A stretch of DNA of 64,000 nt from Marsupella aquatica (Eukaryota > Plantae > Marchantiophyta). The notes beneath the pieces are model-generated. The model ran no database searches, had not been told where the DNA came from, and was given only the letters and a program-made list of their open reading frames with translations. The position numbers and the translations under genes were made by a program. Positions 13,070 through 25,672 of the stretch are shown here, piece by piece. Numbering within the stretch: the stretch's first letter is position 1; the number at the start of each line of letters is the position of its first letter. The stretch spans positions 10,902,795-10,966,794 of the forward strand of contig OZ316896.1 of NCBI GenBank assembly GCA_973895155.1. The letters run 5' to 3'.

Positions 13070-13732
13070 ACACTGTGCTTACAGTGTGACAGTAAGGATT
13101 GGGTACTGTAAGACTCTACTAAGGATACTTTTACAATCTACTGTACGAGCCAAGGTTGATGCACCAACGTTACAGTGTGACAGTAAGGATCGGACACTGT
13201 AAGAGCCTACTGAGCATACTATACAATGTGAGAGCCAAGGTTGATACATTATGTTTACAGTGTGACAGTAAGGATTAAGTACTGTAAGAGCACCTACTGA
13301 GCGAGCCAAGGTTGATACATTATGTTTACAGTGTGACAGTAAGGGATTGAGTATTGTAAGCGCACGTACTGATCATACTATACAATGTGAGAGCCAAGGT
13401 TGATACATTGTATTTACATTGTGACAGTAAGGATTGGGTACTCTGAGAGCCTATTGAGGCTACTTTACACTGTGAGAGCCTGGGTTGATATACTGCGTTA
13501 CAGTGTAAGAGAAACGATTGGTTACTGCAGAAGCCTACTGAGAGCCAAGGTTCATACACTGTGTGTGACAGCGTGACAGTAAGGATTCGGTACTGCAGGA
13601 CCTACTGAGGCTACTTACAATGTGAGAGCCAAGGTTGATAATAAGCTGTGCTTACAGTGTGACAGCAAGGATTGGGTAGTGTAAGAGCCTACTGACTGAG
13701 GCTATTTTACACTGTACAAGCCAAGGTTGAGG
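13070..13732. repeat. Minisatellite, ~70-90-bp unit, ~8 copies
   Basis: Recurrent ttacagtgtgacagtaaggattgggtactgtaagagcctactgag...gagccaaggttgata. Confidence 0.92.
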
Positions 13733-14490
13733 GTGCCAAATGTCATGGTGCTCATTCAAATCTGGCATCCCTTCGTACACTGTAACACTAAGGAGAGTGT
13801 CCCCGCCCCATCATGAATTGCCAGCTTTGAGTATCCATCACTCCCCTCAGTTATCTGGGTGTGGACTAAGGAGCAGTACTACTCAGCGAGGCGGTCGAGA
13901 TGACATAGAAGGGCTGCGAAGTTGAAAACATTACTCAATAAGTTTAGCCAAGTGGATTTATCCCTATATATGAAACTAAACAAGCAATTCTGTGTAATGC
14001 TTTCTTGTTCATCTTTGGTGTGATGACTTTGAACACTTCCTATGGCAACCGCTAGCAGCTCGTTATGAAGAAAGGCCCATTATCTCTCTCTTTACATCAT
14101 GACAGTAAGGATGGAGTAAACCCTGCTGAGTTCTCTCGTCTCCCCAACAAGCTGATTTGGCAGCCCTCTTGTGGTGGCAACCTATGGGTACATGGGGCGC
14201 AGCAGCCTACAGTAGTGGGATTTATTACATTGCCATCGTTTTGGTGCATCATACATACTTTGCCATCTTTTTCTTTTCTTATTATCATGTTGCCTTGGTT
14301 TTGGGTTGTGGGTTAGGAAAAATAGCCCAAAGTTGTCTCCTTGGCATCGCACGGTCATTGCTTCCTCCCAACTCGCCATCGCACCGATTGCAATTCCCTC
14401 ACCCCTGCAATTGACCACCCTCGAGCCAGGGGACCTAGGGTTGGGTGACCTGCTCCCTTCCAGTTTGGCTCTCTCAGGCGACATCGTAAA

Positions 14491-14766
14491 CTCAAGGGTC
14501 TCACTATATAGAGGGCCCTGCATCACCTGCAATGATTTGATGCCTTGGATCCCCTAGAATGTAAGAGAAAAAATGTATTTTTTGACCCCTATAAAGTTAA
14601 AATTTGATTAAAATCCCCCCTAATGTTCTTGTAAGACTCGAAATTGGATTTAAATGACCCTAAATTTCTTTCACAAAAAATTCTAAATCTTCCCTTAGAA
14701 CCAATAAAATAACCCTATTCTTCATCACACGTGATATGCCAATTTTATGGAAGTGAAACCCCCAAG
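14491..14766 (+). mobile_element. MITE copy A (CTCGGGGG..CCCCCGAG family) inserted in the left MULE TIR
   Basis: Ends ctcaagggtctcac / gtgaaacccccaag; degenerate 8-bp TSD atcgtaaa/atggttaa. Homologous to 24813-25109, and TIR homology resumes on both sides of it. Confidence 0.85.
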
Positions 14767-15385
14767 ATGGTTAACACATTATGTGTGCTCTACATTTTCT
14801 CTCCCCAATTTCTCCCTAACTTCTCCCTGGCTATGCTCTTCTATCCTGAAACAATTCCATTGTCCTTGACCCAAACGATTTGAAGCCTTACACAGGAGAA
14901 GCCTTCACAGACAACCTCCACTCGGGCCTCTACTCCACCATAGTCGCGGCCACCATGACTGAGCCAAAAACAAAGAGAGCTAGAAGGAGTTTCACTTGGG
15001 ATCCGCTGTAACACCTTTGCATTGATGTCAAAATTCTGCTGCAACTGCACTACACCTGCAAGGTGCTGCAAAGGTGAGCCCAAAGCTGCAATACCACCAG
15101 CGACTAGCTGAAATCTAGGAAATCTGTCCATGTAATTTCTTCTTTTGCATTGTTCTTGATCATTAATTGGGGCTCTAGCATGCATGAAACATAATCATGT
15201 GGTGCTAATCTTATCACTGCCTTTTCACACATTGTTGTGGTGAAGAATGCTCATGCAGGTTTGTAGAGTACACATTGTAGATTATGTTGTTGAGATCCTC
15301 ATTGACTGGTGAAGATTGTCAAAATTGAACATGTTTTGATATGGAAAATTTTGATCAAAACCAAATTATATGACTTTTTTTAATA

Positions 15386-15618
15386 CAGGGGTCTACAACC
15401 AAACTAGCCAGCTTTTGGGGATTTTTATTGAAATTCTGAAAATATTTTAATAAAAATTACAACATGTTTAGAAATATTTTTCAATTGTGTGTGGAAAAGA
15501 AAAAGAAAACCCAACCTTTCTATGACTTCAAAAAAAATTAAGTGTAAAACCCAAGTTTTTTCAGATTCTAATTTTTCTTATAGCCACTTTTTAGTCTATA
15601 TAAAAATGTAGACCCCTG
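15386..15618. mobile_element. Candidate AT-rich MITE with 12-bp perfect TIR
   Basis: caggggtctaca (15386-15397) / tgtagacccctg (15607-15618); hAT-like CAGGGG end; no TSD recognised. Confidence 0.5.
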
Positions 15619-16199
15619 CCCATTATACAAGAGTTGCTTACCTTGGCTTCAGCTTTACAATAATGTGCCTTTTGAAGATGCACAAGTGATTCAATTTTAT
15701 ACTCAATACCAATGTTTGTAAAGTGTTGAATGAACTTAGTTAACACAAATATCAAAAAGTGCAAGTGATTGATACATTGTACAAGTGAAATTCAGATGTA
15801 CCTTTACTTTGTGAGAGGAATGTTTCTCATGTTGGGCACTTCCTCTTATCATGTGAAGCTTTTCCACAATTTCCGCATCGCCTAGGCCTGTGAACTGGAT
15901 CCTCTTCTGGACACCTCATTCTGGCTTTCTCCAATTAATGACTGACCCCTTGATCTTTTGTCTAATCAAAGGTGGACCACAATCATCAAGAGTTTGGTTT
16001 TCGATCAGACAACAATATGACAAGCACACTAATGAAGTATGCCTGCTAGAACGTTGTAGTTTTGTCGTAGCGAGTGCTACAAGCAACTAGACTCTGGTAG
16101 GGGTGATTGTGGTGGCCTCAACATTAATTAACCCGCAGCGCCGTGGGCCTTGTTATTAAAAATTAAGGTTAAGACTGTATAACTCAAATTGTCGCTTTT

Positions 16200-17800
16200 G
16201 CAACCCAGTGCATGCCCTCCATGCATGAACACAGGGTTAGGAAGCATATCCTGCCAGTCATCACAACTACACTTCCACTCAGGTTTGAATATATTGTACT
16301 AAAAATTGTCTGTTGAGAAAGACAGTAACCCTACATTCAGTATCTGATGAGGCATCAGCAATAAGAAGAATAGCTATTTCCACGTCTGCTTCAAAGTTGT
16401 CATAATGTTTGGAGGGAATGGTGTCATGATGGACTGAGCGAATTCTCTCTTCTCAAAAACTTGACTAGTTCATCATGTAGTCCCACAACAAGTTGGACTA
16501 CTTGAAAGCACCTTCTTGTTGTTGTGGCTTCAACACCCTATTCAAACTTTCTACTTGCTGGCTGGTCTCATGCCCCCCACTAATTGTCCTCAGTTGTTTG
16601 TAGCAAACATGAGTGTAACCTAATTTTATGCACTCCAAATACATCCCAACCAGAAGACTTCACATACAGGTATCTCTCAATGCCTTGAGTTCTCATTGGA
16701 CAGCATGCTCTTGAGTAGTGTTTAGGATGGGCTTTTGTCTCAATGTACTATTCCATGTACTCTGCAAGTTGTGCATTCTTTTCTCTAATACAGTCCAATC
16801 TTCTGTTGAACTTAATTCTCTGAAGTGGTTGCACATACTAATGGCTCAAACTCCTTGATTGCTTGCATGTTGAGATGTGTCTTGTAATCAGTGTATGATG
16901 AGAAACTAAAACCCAGACAACATGTGAAATGACAATTAATTGTGGATGCTGCCACAACTAAATTATACACCTACATTTATTTGCAAGATGCCATGAGCAA
17001 AGCATGGAATCCACCCCGGAATCCACGTGGAAAAACTTCCTCCACACTATCAAACAACCCTATCTCTTGACAAAACATGAATACAGTGTTAGGTTGTGTT
17101 AACTCTAGAATAGCATCTCTAATCTACGACAAAAGTGTGAACCATCTGGCATGGTTCCCATTCAAGACCATACAATAAGCTAATATGACAATGGTGTTGT
17201 TGGCATCACATGCGGATGCTATATATGCAAGATCTGGGGGTAAGCAAATCTAGTGTGAGTTCCATCAAACGCCACCAAGGGTCTACAACACTTGAATGCT
17301 TCCTTGTGGCTCTAGGGCACACAAATATACTATGCAACCTTCCATTTGGTGCTCAGTACTTTGCAGTGGCTACAGGATCCCGCACCTGCAAAATGTGGTG
17401 ATATTGAGGTGGATTCAAGTAAAATGAGTATTTTTCCTGTCCATCCAGCTACTCCAACGCCTTCTTCTTTGCAGCCAACTCAATATGATACTTGATCATG
17501 TTCAGATGAAGAAGCTCTTGAGCTGTATCCCGCAATGAAGAAGCCCTTGAATGTCTATCTATGACAATCTCCATGATTTGTTGTGCCAAGCAATCAGAGT
17601 TAGTATGCATTTGCCGTTCTCAATGGTCGACTGGCTCACAAGTGTGTTCAGTCTAGGCCTTCATGATGGTTACTATTCCAATTTTCTTTTTTATTATGGC
17701 TCGGATGTGCCACTGGTATTTCTTTCCATTGTCAACACATTTGTTGTTCATTTTATAGTGTGTCAGGTATCCAGTATTATCTCTCTTGTAGGCTCTTATA
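16200..17800 (-). pseudogene. MuDR/MULE transposase remnant with SWIM zinc finger
   Basis: Minus-strand translation through stops and frameshifts gives EHTC, AFKCCRPLVAFDGTHT, ACDANNTIVILAYCMV, VEEVFP..HA.CSWHLAN and WKCSCDDWQ..PCVHA. Confidence 0.85.
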
Positions 17801-19457
17801 ATTCATTCAGTTTGCACACCATGATCTACAATTAAGTTTTTCAGGTCCTCAAAGGATTCATAAGTATGGCTTGTCTTTAGCAGTGTTGACTGGTCACTCA
17901 GAAACAATATGGCACTTCATCATTGCCATTCACAACATTAAAATGACTTCTAACTTCAAGATTAAAAACAAAGAACATGGCAGTTGCAAGAGAAATCAGA
18001 TACAGAATTAATTAATTCACCCAAGATAGGTAAAACCATGGCACTAAATTTAGTACACTGTCCATAAGCTACAACTTTTCAATATACATTTTAGTAGAGT
18101 GACAAAAACACAGTGCCATTACATTTTGGCAACAACACTACTAACATTGACCTTTAGCAGCAATAGCAGCAAGACCAAGAAAATGTCAATTAAAAAGGGC
18201 AATGGACAAACCTTACGAGTTCAGTTGGATTTGCTGTCTCTTGATCTTCTTAATGTTTGAGCTCTGTCATTTCAATGGAAAAATTGCAGCATGCCTGAGC
18301 CAAGATGTACGTCACAACTCATAATTATTGGGACTGATTGCAATTGCGTAGATCTGGGCAAAAGTTTGAGAGACAGATAAAAAACCTATTGTGCCATGAG
18401 ATTGACAAATTTAAGTCCCTTGCAGTTTGAACCTCCTTGAATTGCACCACAGTGCAGACAAAGTAAGTTGGATGACAGTACCTGAGAATGCAAGCTCTCC
18501 AAGGTATTGCTTGTAGTATTGCACTAAGGACATAAATCAACATTTAATGCCCAAAACTCGGTATTCGATCCCATGAAAGAACAAGTAAGGAATGATTTTC
18601 TATCATTTAACACTTATGAATGACTAAGGTAACAAAAGCACAGGTTTGAGCCTTTTACTATGATTGCTCAGCAAGACATAGATTTGAATGTTTGCTTAAC
18701 ATTGTAAATGCAATTAATAAAATGGAAACAAATAACAAAACACAATAAAATCTTGAGGTATGATGAGGGAGTCTGAAAAACACCAAGGTAATTTCTCAAC
18801 AACACTTCATTTGATATGATTTGGGTGGTATATCCGTAAGAACATTTTTGGAATGGTTTACTGTACTAGGATGATTACTAAAATGTCGTCAACACGTCTC
18901 AACTTTTCCTTCCAAAGGTACTCAGAAGAAACTAGTAATCAATCACTTCGATATCCAGTCGGTACTATGAGTCACGAATAATAAACACCATCATGATCAA
19001 ATTGAAGTCACAGGTAATTGGTGAGTAACAATCTTTGCATCCCATGCACAAGCAATGTCATGCCAAAAACTATGCATCAAGAACTCAAGAAGATGGGTTG
19101 TCACCACTTAAGGAATCTAATCCCTCATACTTCTGAGATTCAACTTCATACAAATAATTTTACTTCAATGATCTAAACTCTCGATCATTCAGACCAAGGA
19201 AGGGAGAAGAATTCCTTCTACATTTGTAAGCTCCATACAAAAACAACATGAAAGCTTTACTTTGCAAAGGTGATTCAATGCTGCAACACATGCCACAGGC
19301 ACTACTTTATTTCTTCACACTCGAGAATGACACAAATTCTACTTCATATATGCTAGTAGGAACCCAAGGAGTCTGAGATACTGAAAGGACATGCCCTTTC
19401 ATATCTGAAGGGTCCTGAATTAAACTTAATGACGGTCATCCTTGAAAAAAGAATCGA

Positions 19458-20215
19458 CACTGCTAAAAGTGTAAAAAATGCAGGGGACGCTCCTCAAAGC
19501 GTCAAGGTTTGAGCGGACGCTTTGCAAAGCGTCGGTGTTTTTCGGTAAAACTAATAAACAATGATCTTAATCTAGTTTTAACTTCTAAACTGAGAGTTGG
19601 AATGAGTTGAAACTTTTCTAGGATACTCTACTACATATAATCTCTATGCTAACCAAGTTTTAGACTTTTCTGAGACCTCTAAGTGTCTCAAATAAATTGG
19701 TAAAAGCAATGCAGTATTATAAAAGTGCAAAAATTGAAATTTTTTCTAAGTGTCGGGAACATAGTGGACGCTTCACAAAGCGTCCAAAAATACAAAGGAC
19801 TTTTGAGGAAGCTTCAGAAAGCATCGGCTGAATTTTGAGGTTTTGGTCGCAGCGTCTGTCTTCTGGCCTTCAGTGGGTGTCGCAATTCGGGCGGACACTT
19901 CAGTCAGCGTCGATGTCATCTTCGGGGTAGCGGACACTTCAGTCAGGCGTCGATACTTGGCGGACGCTTCGGAAAGCGTCGCTTCTCATGTGGACGCTTC
20001 TCAAAGCGTCGTGGTCTTGGGTGGACGCCTCACAAAGCGTCCAAAAATACAAGGGACGCTTTACAAAGCGTCGGCGAAGTCGCGGCTATGCAAAAAACAG
20101 CAAAACTAAATTAATTCTAATTTTCAAACCACAAGTAGGGTTGAGCTGAAACTTTCAGGGATGAGTCTACTACTTAACTAATACCTCCTGAAAACGTATG
20201 AGACTTTTTTGATCA
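19458..20215. repeat. Array of ~10 GACGCTT-N4-AAGCGTC palindromes starting just after a CACTG; probable CACTA/EnSpm terminal remnant
   Basis: Copies near 19485, 19515, 19766, 19808, 19893, 19932, 19962, 19992, 20023 and 20054, often ~30 bp apart. cactgctaaaa at 19458. Diverged direct repeat ~19550-19675 vs ~20100-20215. Confidence 0.65.
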
Positions 20216-21849
20216 TGAGAACTATTTAATTAAAATAGCAGAGATTGGTTGATCGTGATAATTGCACACAGAGCTCATTCTTGCTAAATAAGTGTTTTGG
20301 AGTCTAGTTCTTGAATCTTCTAGCCTGCATTGCTTCTCCAATGATGTCCAATCTTCTTTCTTGATAGCATGCAAAGAGCAGGGATTTATATTGGCGATCC
20401 TTGTCCAATAGAGGCAATAACCTCCGATGAAGCATAACATTAGGTAAAGTGTTCAGTTGATCTAAATTGCTACAAAAGATAACTAGACTACACCTTTGAG
20501 CTAGAAAAGTTCAAAATTTATAAATTTTCTATCATTTCCAACTAAGCTATTGTATTACATTGCTTCAAGCTCTCATTTTTCTGGCTTAGTCATGGTGGCG
20601 ACGGTCATTGCGGCAATGGTGGGGCTCACCAAGGTCATCTTGGAAGGCTTCAGGTGACAGCCCCGGTGACAGCTTAAGGCTTGAAGCGTTTGAGTTGGGG
20701 AGAGGGGTTCGTTGTTGCAGGACAGAAGCACATAGCCAGGGAGAAGTCAGGGAGGAAAATTGTAGGGTACACCAATATGTTTACAGTGTTGCTTGAAGAG
20801 CCAAAATGAAAGGGAGCTTGCAGGTGACCCAGCCCGGGGTCCCCTAGCCCTAGGGTGGTCAAATGCAGGGGTGAGGGAATCATGAGCGGTGCAAGTGTGA
20901 GTTGGGATCATGAAACAATGGCCATTCACTGCCAAGGAGACAACCCGGGGTTAACTTTCCTAACCCACGACCCAAAACCATGGCTTGCAACATTTGTGAT
21001 AATAAGAAAAAATAGGAAGGTGTTATCCTGGTGTTATTATGCACCAAAAAGATGGAAATGTAGTAAATCCCAGGGCGACCTATAGTCTGGTACATTGCAG
21101 TACAGTAGATAGGCAACATCTTACATTGTAACTTAGGTCAAACAGTGCAAACATGCAGAATTCTCCTCCCGCGTGCATGTCCTGCTCATACCATGATAGG
21201 CCGGGTTCCTTGGGCATGTAAATCTTGGTCCTCTTGGGGCTAAGTATAGAAAACTTCCCACTCCAACGAAAGAAAGGAAAAGAAATTGAGAATATTAAGA
21301 TGAAGGAACTTATCGATGTAAATAGCATTGCAAAATGACACCTATCACCCCTACATATATCACTTGTAGGGCAATGCAAAAATCTAGAGCAAATTGTAGA
21401 CCTAGTCTTGGGCTTGACCAAATTGCATTTTCTTTGGAGAGTGAGTGATGTACCAATATATATACTACTCCAACAGAACAAAAAGCGCTTTAATTAATGG
21501 GAGACAAGCTAGGAGACAAGATCCTAAAGGCCAAAGAGCCAATAAAGGGGGTTCGAAAAAGAAACAAAAACTAGGAAAATCAAAGAGCCTAAAAGCCCAA
21601 AAGTTCAAAAAGCAAAAGAACTAAAGCCCTGAAGTCAAGCGCCAAACTGAGAGCCTACAGGTAGAACTCAGGGAAATAGCATAGGAGAATTACTAAGATG
21701 GATTTGATTAGATGCCCTTAAACCAACCACCTCAGACCAAAGAAGGATAATGAATGCCTATTCTCATTGTAGAGAAACACACACTAGCTGTTGAAAGAAG
21801 CCAATGAGAACCAAAATAGGGGGTAAGCCAGGCCATTGCTTGGCACAAA

Positions 21850-23071
21850 AAACTGTCAAAATTAGGTTTGTAGGAACTCCCAAAGTAGCCTCCAAAGCCA
21901 ATGGGTAGCAACTATCCCCAGCCTAAGTTCCAACATAATTAAGCCTCCTCCTCTCACTCCTCCTTCAGTTCCGTTGCCTTGGCAGCAACATGGAGTTGCT
22001 TTATTGTGACATGCATGGTATGTCGAGTCCCAAACAATAGAAACCACCACATCATGAATGTCATGGTATGTCGAGGTCCTTTCAGTCCCATGACCACACC
22101 CAAGGATATGGACGTCCTATGGGGCCAACGACACCCCACAAACACAAGTGGCATGGATTGGCCTCGGGGGCAAGAATGTGAGAGACCAAGCCAAGGGGCA
22201 AGGAGGTGAAGATGAAAGAGCTCATTTAGAGGTGGCCAAAGAGGATTTAGACAATTTCAAGGCTCCCAAATCCACACCAAAACAGGATAAAAGATGGGCC
22301 TATATTGTGTCCAGTGGTGAATCAAAGAGCATGCTAGAGAAAGGCTAGGAGAGACTGGGGGTCCACTGTGAAGCAAGAAGCTAGAAAAGTTGTCACCTAC
22401 ACCCAACAACCAAGAGAAAGACTCGGGGGTTTCACTTTTACAAAAATGACACATCACGTGCGACAAAGTATAGGGTCATTTTATTGGTTCAAAGGGAAGA
22501 CTTAAGAATTTTATGAGAAGAACAATAGGGTCTCTTAAATCAAATTTTGAGACTTATATAGGACATTAGGGTTGACATTAGGGTCCTAATTTTGAGACTT
22601 ATATAGGACATTAGGGTCCTTATAAGGACATTAGGGTTGAAAAATAATTTTGTTTCTTACATTTTAGGTGGTCTGAGGTTGCAGGTGATGGGGACTGAGG
22701 CATCCATATAATGAGACCCCCAGGAGAAAGGGCAAGAAACCAAAGCAATAGTCTATGAAATGCCAAGGCAGCTAGCAGTGGAAGGACTGAGGCAAAGATG
22801 CCTGTTGAGCTGCAAATGAATCATCCTCTCCATCAAGGGCTCCCAGATCAATAAGATGGCCCAAAGTACTAACGTAATGGTATCACATGAAGAAAGTAGA
22901 GACAAAAACCTGGGAATGAGGGGAGGTCGACAATCCGAAGAAGGTATGTTGGGTGCTGGGCTAAGCACTATACCACAATCATGAAAGCAATCAGGACATC
23001 CCCAAAGACACTAGTTGGTTGATCTGCAAAACATCTTAAGAAGGTATAGCCTGCAGAAAAATGAGCACAAA
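21850..23071 (-). pseudogene. CRE-like (RLE-type) non-LTR retrotransposon remnant, 3' part
   Basis: Minus strand reads FLQAIPS*DVLQINQLVSLG..CLAQHPTYLLR, AHLLSCFGVDLGA, TCVCGVSLAP*DVHILGCGHGTERTSTYHDIHDVVVSIV (CxC..H..C..G..R...HD zinc-knuckle/RLE region) and AAKATELKEE. Confidence 0.7.
22422..22723 (-). mobile_element. MITE copy B, inverted, in the CRE remnant
   Basis: Ends ctcgggggtttcac / tgagacccccag; TSD gagaaaga/gagaaagg (7/8); internal short duplications. Confidence 0.88.
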
Positions 23072-23338
23072 AACCCCAATTTAAGGAAAACCGAACTTTG
23101 GAAATTCCGAAAATCACTAAATATTATTATTTTAATAAAAAGGGGGCGACATGACGCGTGGCTGCGCGTGAAACCCTGAAAATGACTGCAACATCACATT
23201 TTTACCAATCCAACTTGACGGGATCAAGAGACATGCTCACGCGAATAATAATAATAGAGAAATAAATCTTTGAGATCCTTTATATATGATAACCAGTATA
23301 TAAGGAGTTTACAAATAGTTTCTAGAACGACATACAAA

Positions 23339-24067
23339 TTAATCTGATCTCATGCCGACTATTATTTTGGAAGCGTCCAAAATTGGGCGTCTATTAAATT
23401 GCTCTACTAGATATCTATCTCCATGCCTCTGAATCACAGGGTCTTCCCATAGAGTATGATTATAATCACAATCTCTTAAAATAGATTTAACTGACCAATC
23501 TGGATAATCTCTTCCATTGGCAATGACAAGCGGCTCACAAGAGTTTGCTAGCTTGCTAAGATACAAAATCAGCAAGTTAATCAGGAAACTATCGTCGACC
23601 GATCCAAAATATTTGGGCAGAAATAATGATCCAACAACAGGATCTAAACAAGCATGAAATGCATCGGATTCGATAAGCATTATATTTTGCTGCAGATACG
23701 CCTTCGTATAAATTCCAACCTTCTCAAAACACTTCAAAAATATCCGCTTATTTGATGTCACCCCATCGCATAAGTAATAATGAGACTGATCCCAAATATA
23801 CTTAAATGAGGCCATTTCCATCGCAATAAACATAGATGCTAAAATCTGATCTAAAAGGTTCTTCCCAAGAGAGGATCAGATCCCTACATCGAAATTCTCA
23901 AAATAGAATCTCAAGAGTTCGTGAAGATGAGGCCTTGGAAAAACGTATATATTCCCAATCCGAATTCCAGTTGAGACCGCCATCAGTCGGGAATGCGGTG
24001 CAGTGTAACAGAGTAGATGCTCCACGTCTAAAACTATGAGTCCATTTTCTCTGCTGCAATGAATCTC
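23339..24067 (-). pseudogene. Cargo gene exon: FCP1/NIF-like HAD domain 3
   Basis: After acceptor ctctacag: EIHCSRENGLIVLDVEHLL..FPRPHLHELLRFYFENFDVGI*SS..FKYIWDQ..IMLIESD. One premature TGA at the conserved W (23876-23878). Confidence 0.8.
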
Positions 24068-24138
24068 CTGTAGAGAAACACAAGAAGATGCATGAGCCCG
24101 TATGGATGTAGTCACGCGAATGGTCGCGTCACATATTA

Positions 24139-25166
24139 CAGAGAAAACATCCTCTACACTCTGGCCATTGATAAGTGACGTCTGTTGAAGTGCTTGATAA
24201 GAACTTGATCTGCATGTCTCTGCACGTACAGATGCTCCCATATATCCTCGTTCAGATCCCAATCTCGATGTAGATTTCTAATCGACCAGATGGGATAATC
24301 GAACTTGTTAGCGAACGCAAGACAAAGCCTTGAATTTGATAGCTTTCGTAAATATGGAATGAGGTCATCCCTCAAAAAGACATCATCCAACGATCCTTGA
24401 AACGACTTAGCGAACAATAATCCGCATACAACTGTCTGGCATGTATGGGAAGGACAGGCATCAATCTGGATTATATTCTCTGGTCGATAATCTTGAAACA
24501 TATCACGTAGTCTCTTGATAGATTTGAAGACAACAGTCTTATAATTTTTCTTCACATAACCAAGATTCCAGCAATGATCCCGCGTGAACACATATATCAG
24601 CTGCGATAGGTCGGTGCTCGACAACACTTTTGAAAGTATCTGATAAACCAGTTTATCGTCGAGAATAGACCAGACCATCACATCAAAATGATCATAACAG
24701 AATTTTATAAGATCATGAAGATGCGGCCTCGGAACGACACATAGAGATCCGATACGAATTCCGGGTGTCGACTTGAGCTGAGGAGTATATTTTGAAACAG
24801 AGCACAGGAAGTCTCGGGGGTCTCACTGTATGGATGTCTCCCCATCACCTGCGACGTTTTTAGGCCTCGGACCCCCTAAAATGTAAGAAAAAAAATTATT
24901 TTTTTGACCCCTATAAAGTTGGAATATTCTCAGAATATTCTCAAATTTTGGTTATAAAGACGCTAACGTTCTTAGAAGTCCCAAAATTGGATTTAAAAGA
25001 CCCTATTGTTCTTCTCAGAAAATTCTTAAGTCTTCCCTTCGAACCAATAAAATGACCCTATACTTCGTCGCACGTGATATGTCATTTTTGTGGAAGTGAA
25101 ACCCCCGAGCAGGAAGTTTTCCAGTCCTAAAACTAGAAGTTGACGCGACCTGCTCCACTTAGACAC
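24139..25166 (-). pseudogene. Cargo gene exon: FCP1/NIF-like HAD domain 2, interrupted by a MITE
   Basis: After acceptor tttacag: VSKWSRSRQLLVLGLENFL[MITE]CSVSK..VPRPHLHDLIKFCYDHFDVMVWS..NIIQIDACP. Removing the MITE and one TSD restores the frame. A 1-nt frameshift lies near 24175. Confidence 0.82.
24813..25109 (+). mobile_element. MITE copy C (297 bp) with perfect 8-bp TSD
   Basis: TIR ctcgggggtctcac / gtgaaacccccgag (13/14); TSD caggaagt at 24805-24812 and 25110-25117. Confidence 0.95.
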
Positions 25167-25183
25167 CTGTAAATGAACAATTC

Positions 25184-25658
25184 TGTTGGGTATTTACTCT
25201 TACGTCTAGGTTAGGTATGACGTGGTTGGTACAACAACGTGGGTTGGTATAACTACGTGGTTAGGTACAACTACGTGATTAGGTACAACTATGTGGTTAG
25301 GTACAACTACGTGATTAGGTACAACTATGTGGTTAGGTACAACTACGTGATTAGGTACAACTATGTGGTTAGGTACAACTATGTGGTTAGGTACAACTAA
25401 GTTGCACACTATATCATAAGAGGCATGTGTGCTTGGAGAGGTAGAACCAAGGCTCATTGTTATGGAGCCACTTGAGAGATAGGGAGAGCTTACACTGTGG
25501 AGACTCGGTATAGTCGACGGGCTTAGAGTTCAGTAAAGCTCTCTTGTGTGTTCCCGTGGACGTAGCCTCAAGGAGGTGAACCACGTATCTCTTGTGTCGA
25601 CTATTGTGCGTTGGATGGTTCATGGGCTTGCCGTTGCGATCATCGTCTATGCTCAACA
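25184..25658 (+). repeat. Copia 5' LTR with internal 18-bp tandem array (ggttaggtacaactaYgt x ~9)
   Basis: tgttggg...gctcaaca; near-identical to 31313-31787 (one T/C difference seen, at 25250). Confidence 0.97.
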
Positions 25659-25660
25659 AT

Positions 25661-25672
25661 TGGTATCAGAGC
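25661..25672 (+). promoter_or_regulatory. Primer-binding site (tRNA-iMet)
   Basis: tggtatcagagc 2 nt after the 5' LTR. Confidence 0.95.

Larger units (their letters stand above)
14216..21072 (-). mobile_element. Decayed Mutator-like element (MULE) with ~500-bp terminal inverted repeats
   Basis: 14216-14988 (minus the MITE at 14491-14766) is a diverged reverse complement of 20561-21072 (tgggattt(a)ttacat.. / ..atgtagtaaatccca). A MuDR transposase remnant lies inside. No clean 9-bp TSD seen. Confidence 0.8.

Noticed and set aside
14176-14215. Direct similarity between the MULE left flank and 21074-21110 as a TSD
   Set aside because: Gapped and much longer than a 9-bp TSD; cannot be distinguished from chance.
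19485-20072. CRISPR-like array of palindromic repeats
   Set aside because: Repeats are ~19 bp and degenerate, spacers are ~11 bp or irregular, there are no cas genes and the context is eukaryotic. Transposon subterminal repeats explain it better.
25206-25457. ORF with VVPNH repeats (also 31335-31586)
   Set aside because: Antisense translation of the 18-bp tandem array in the Copia LTRs.
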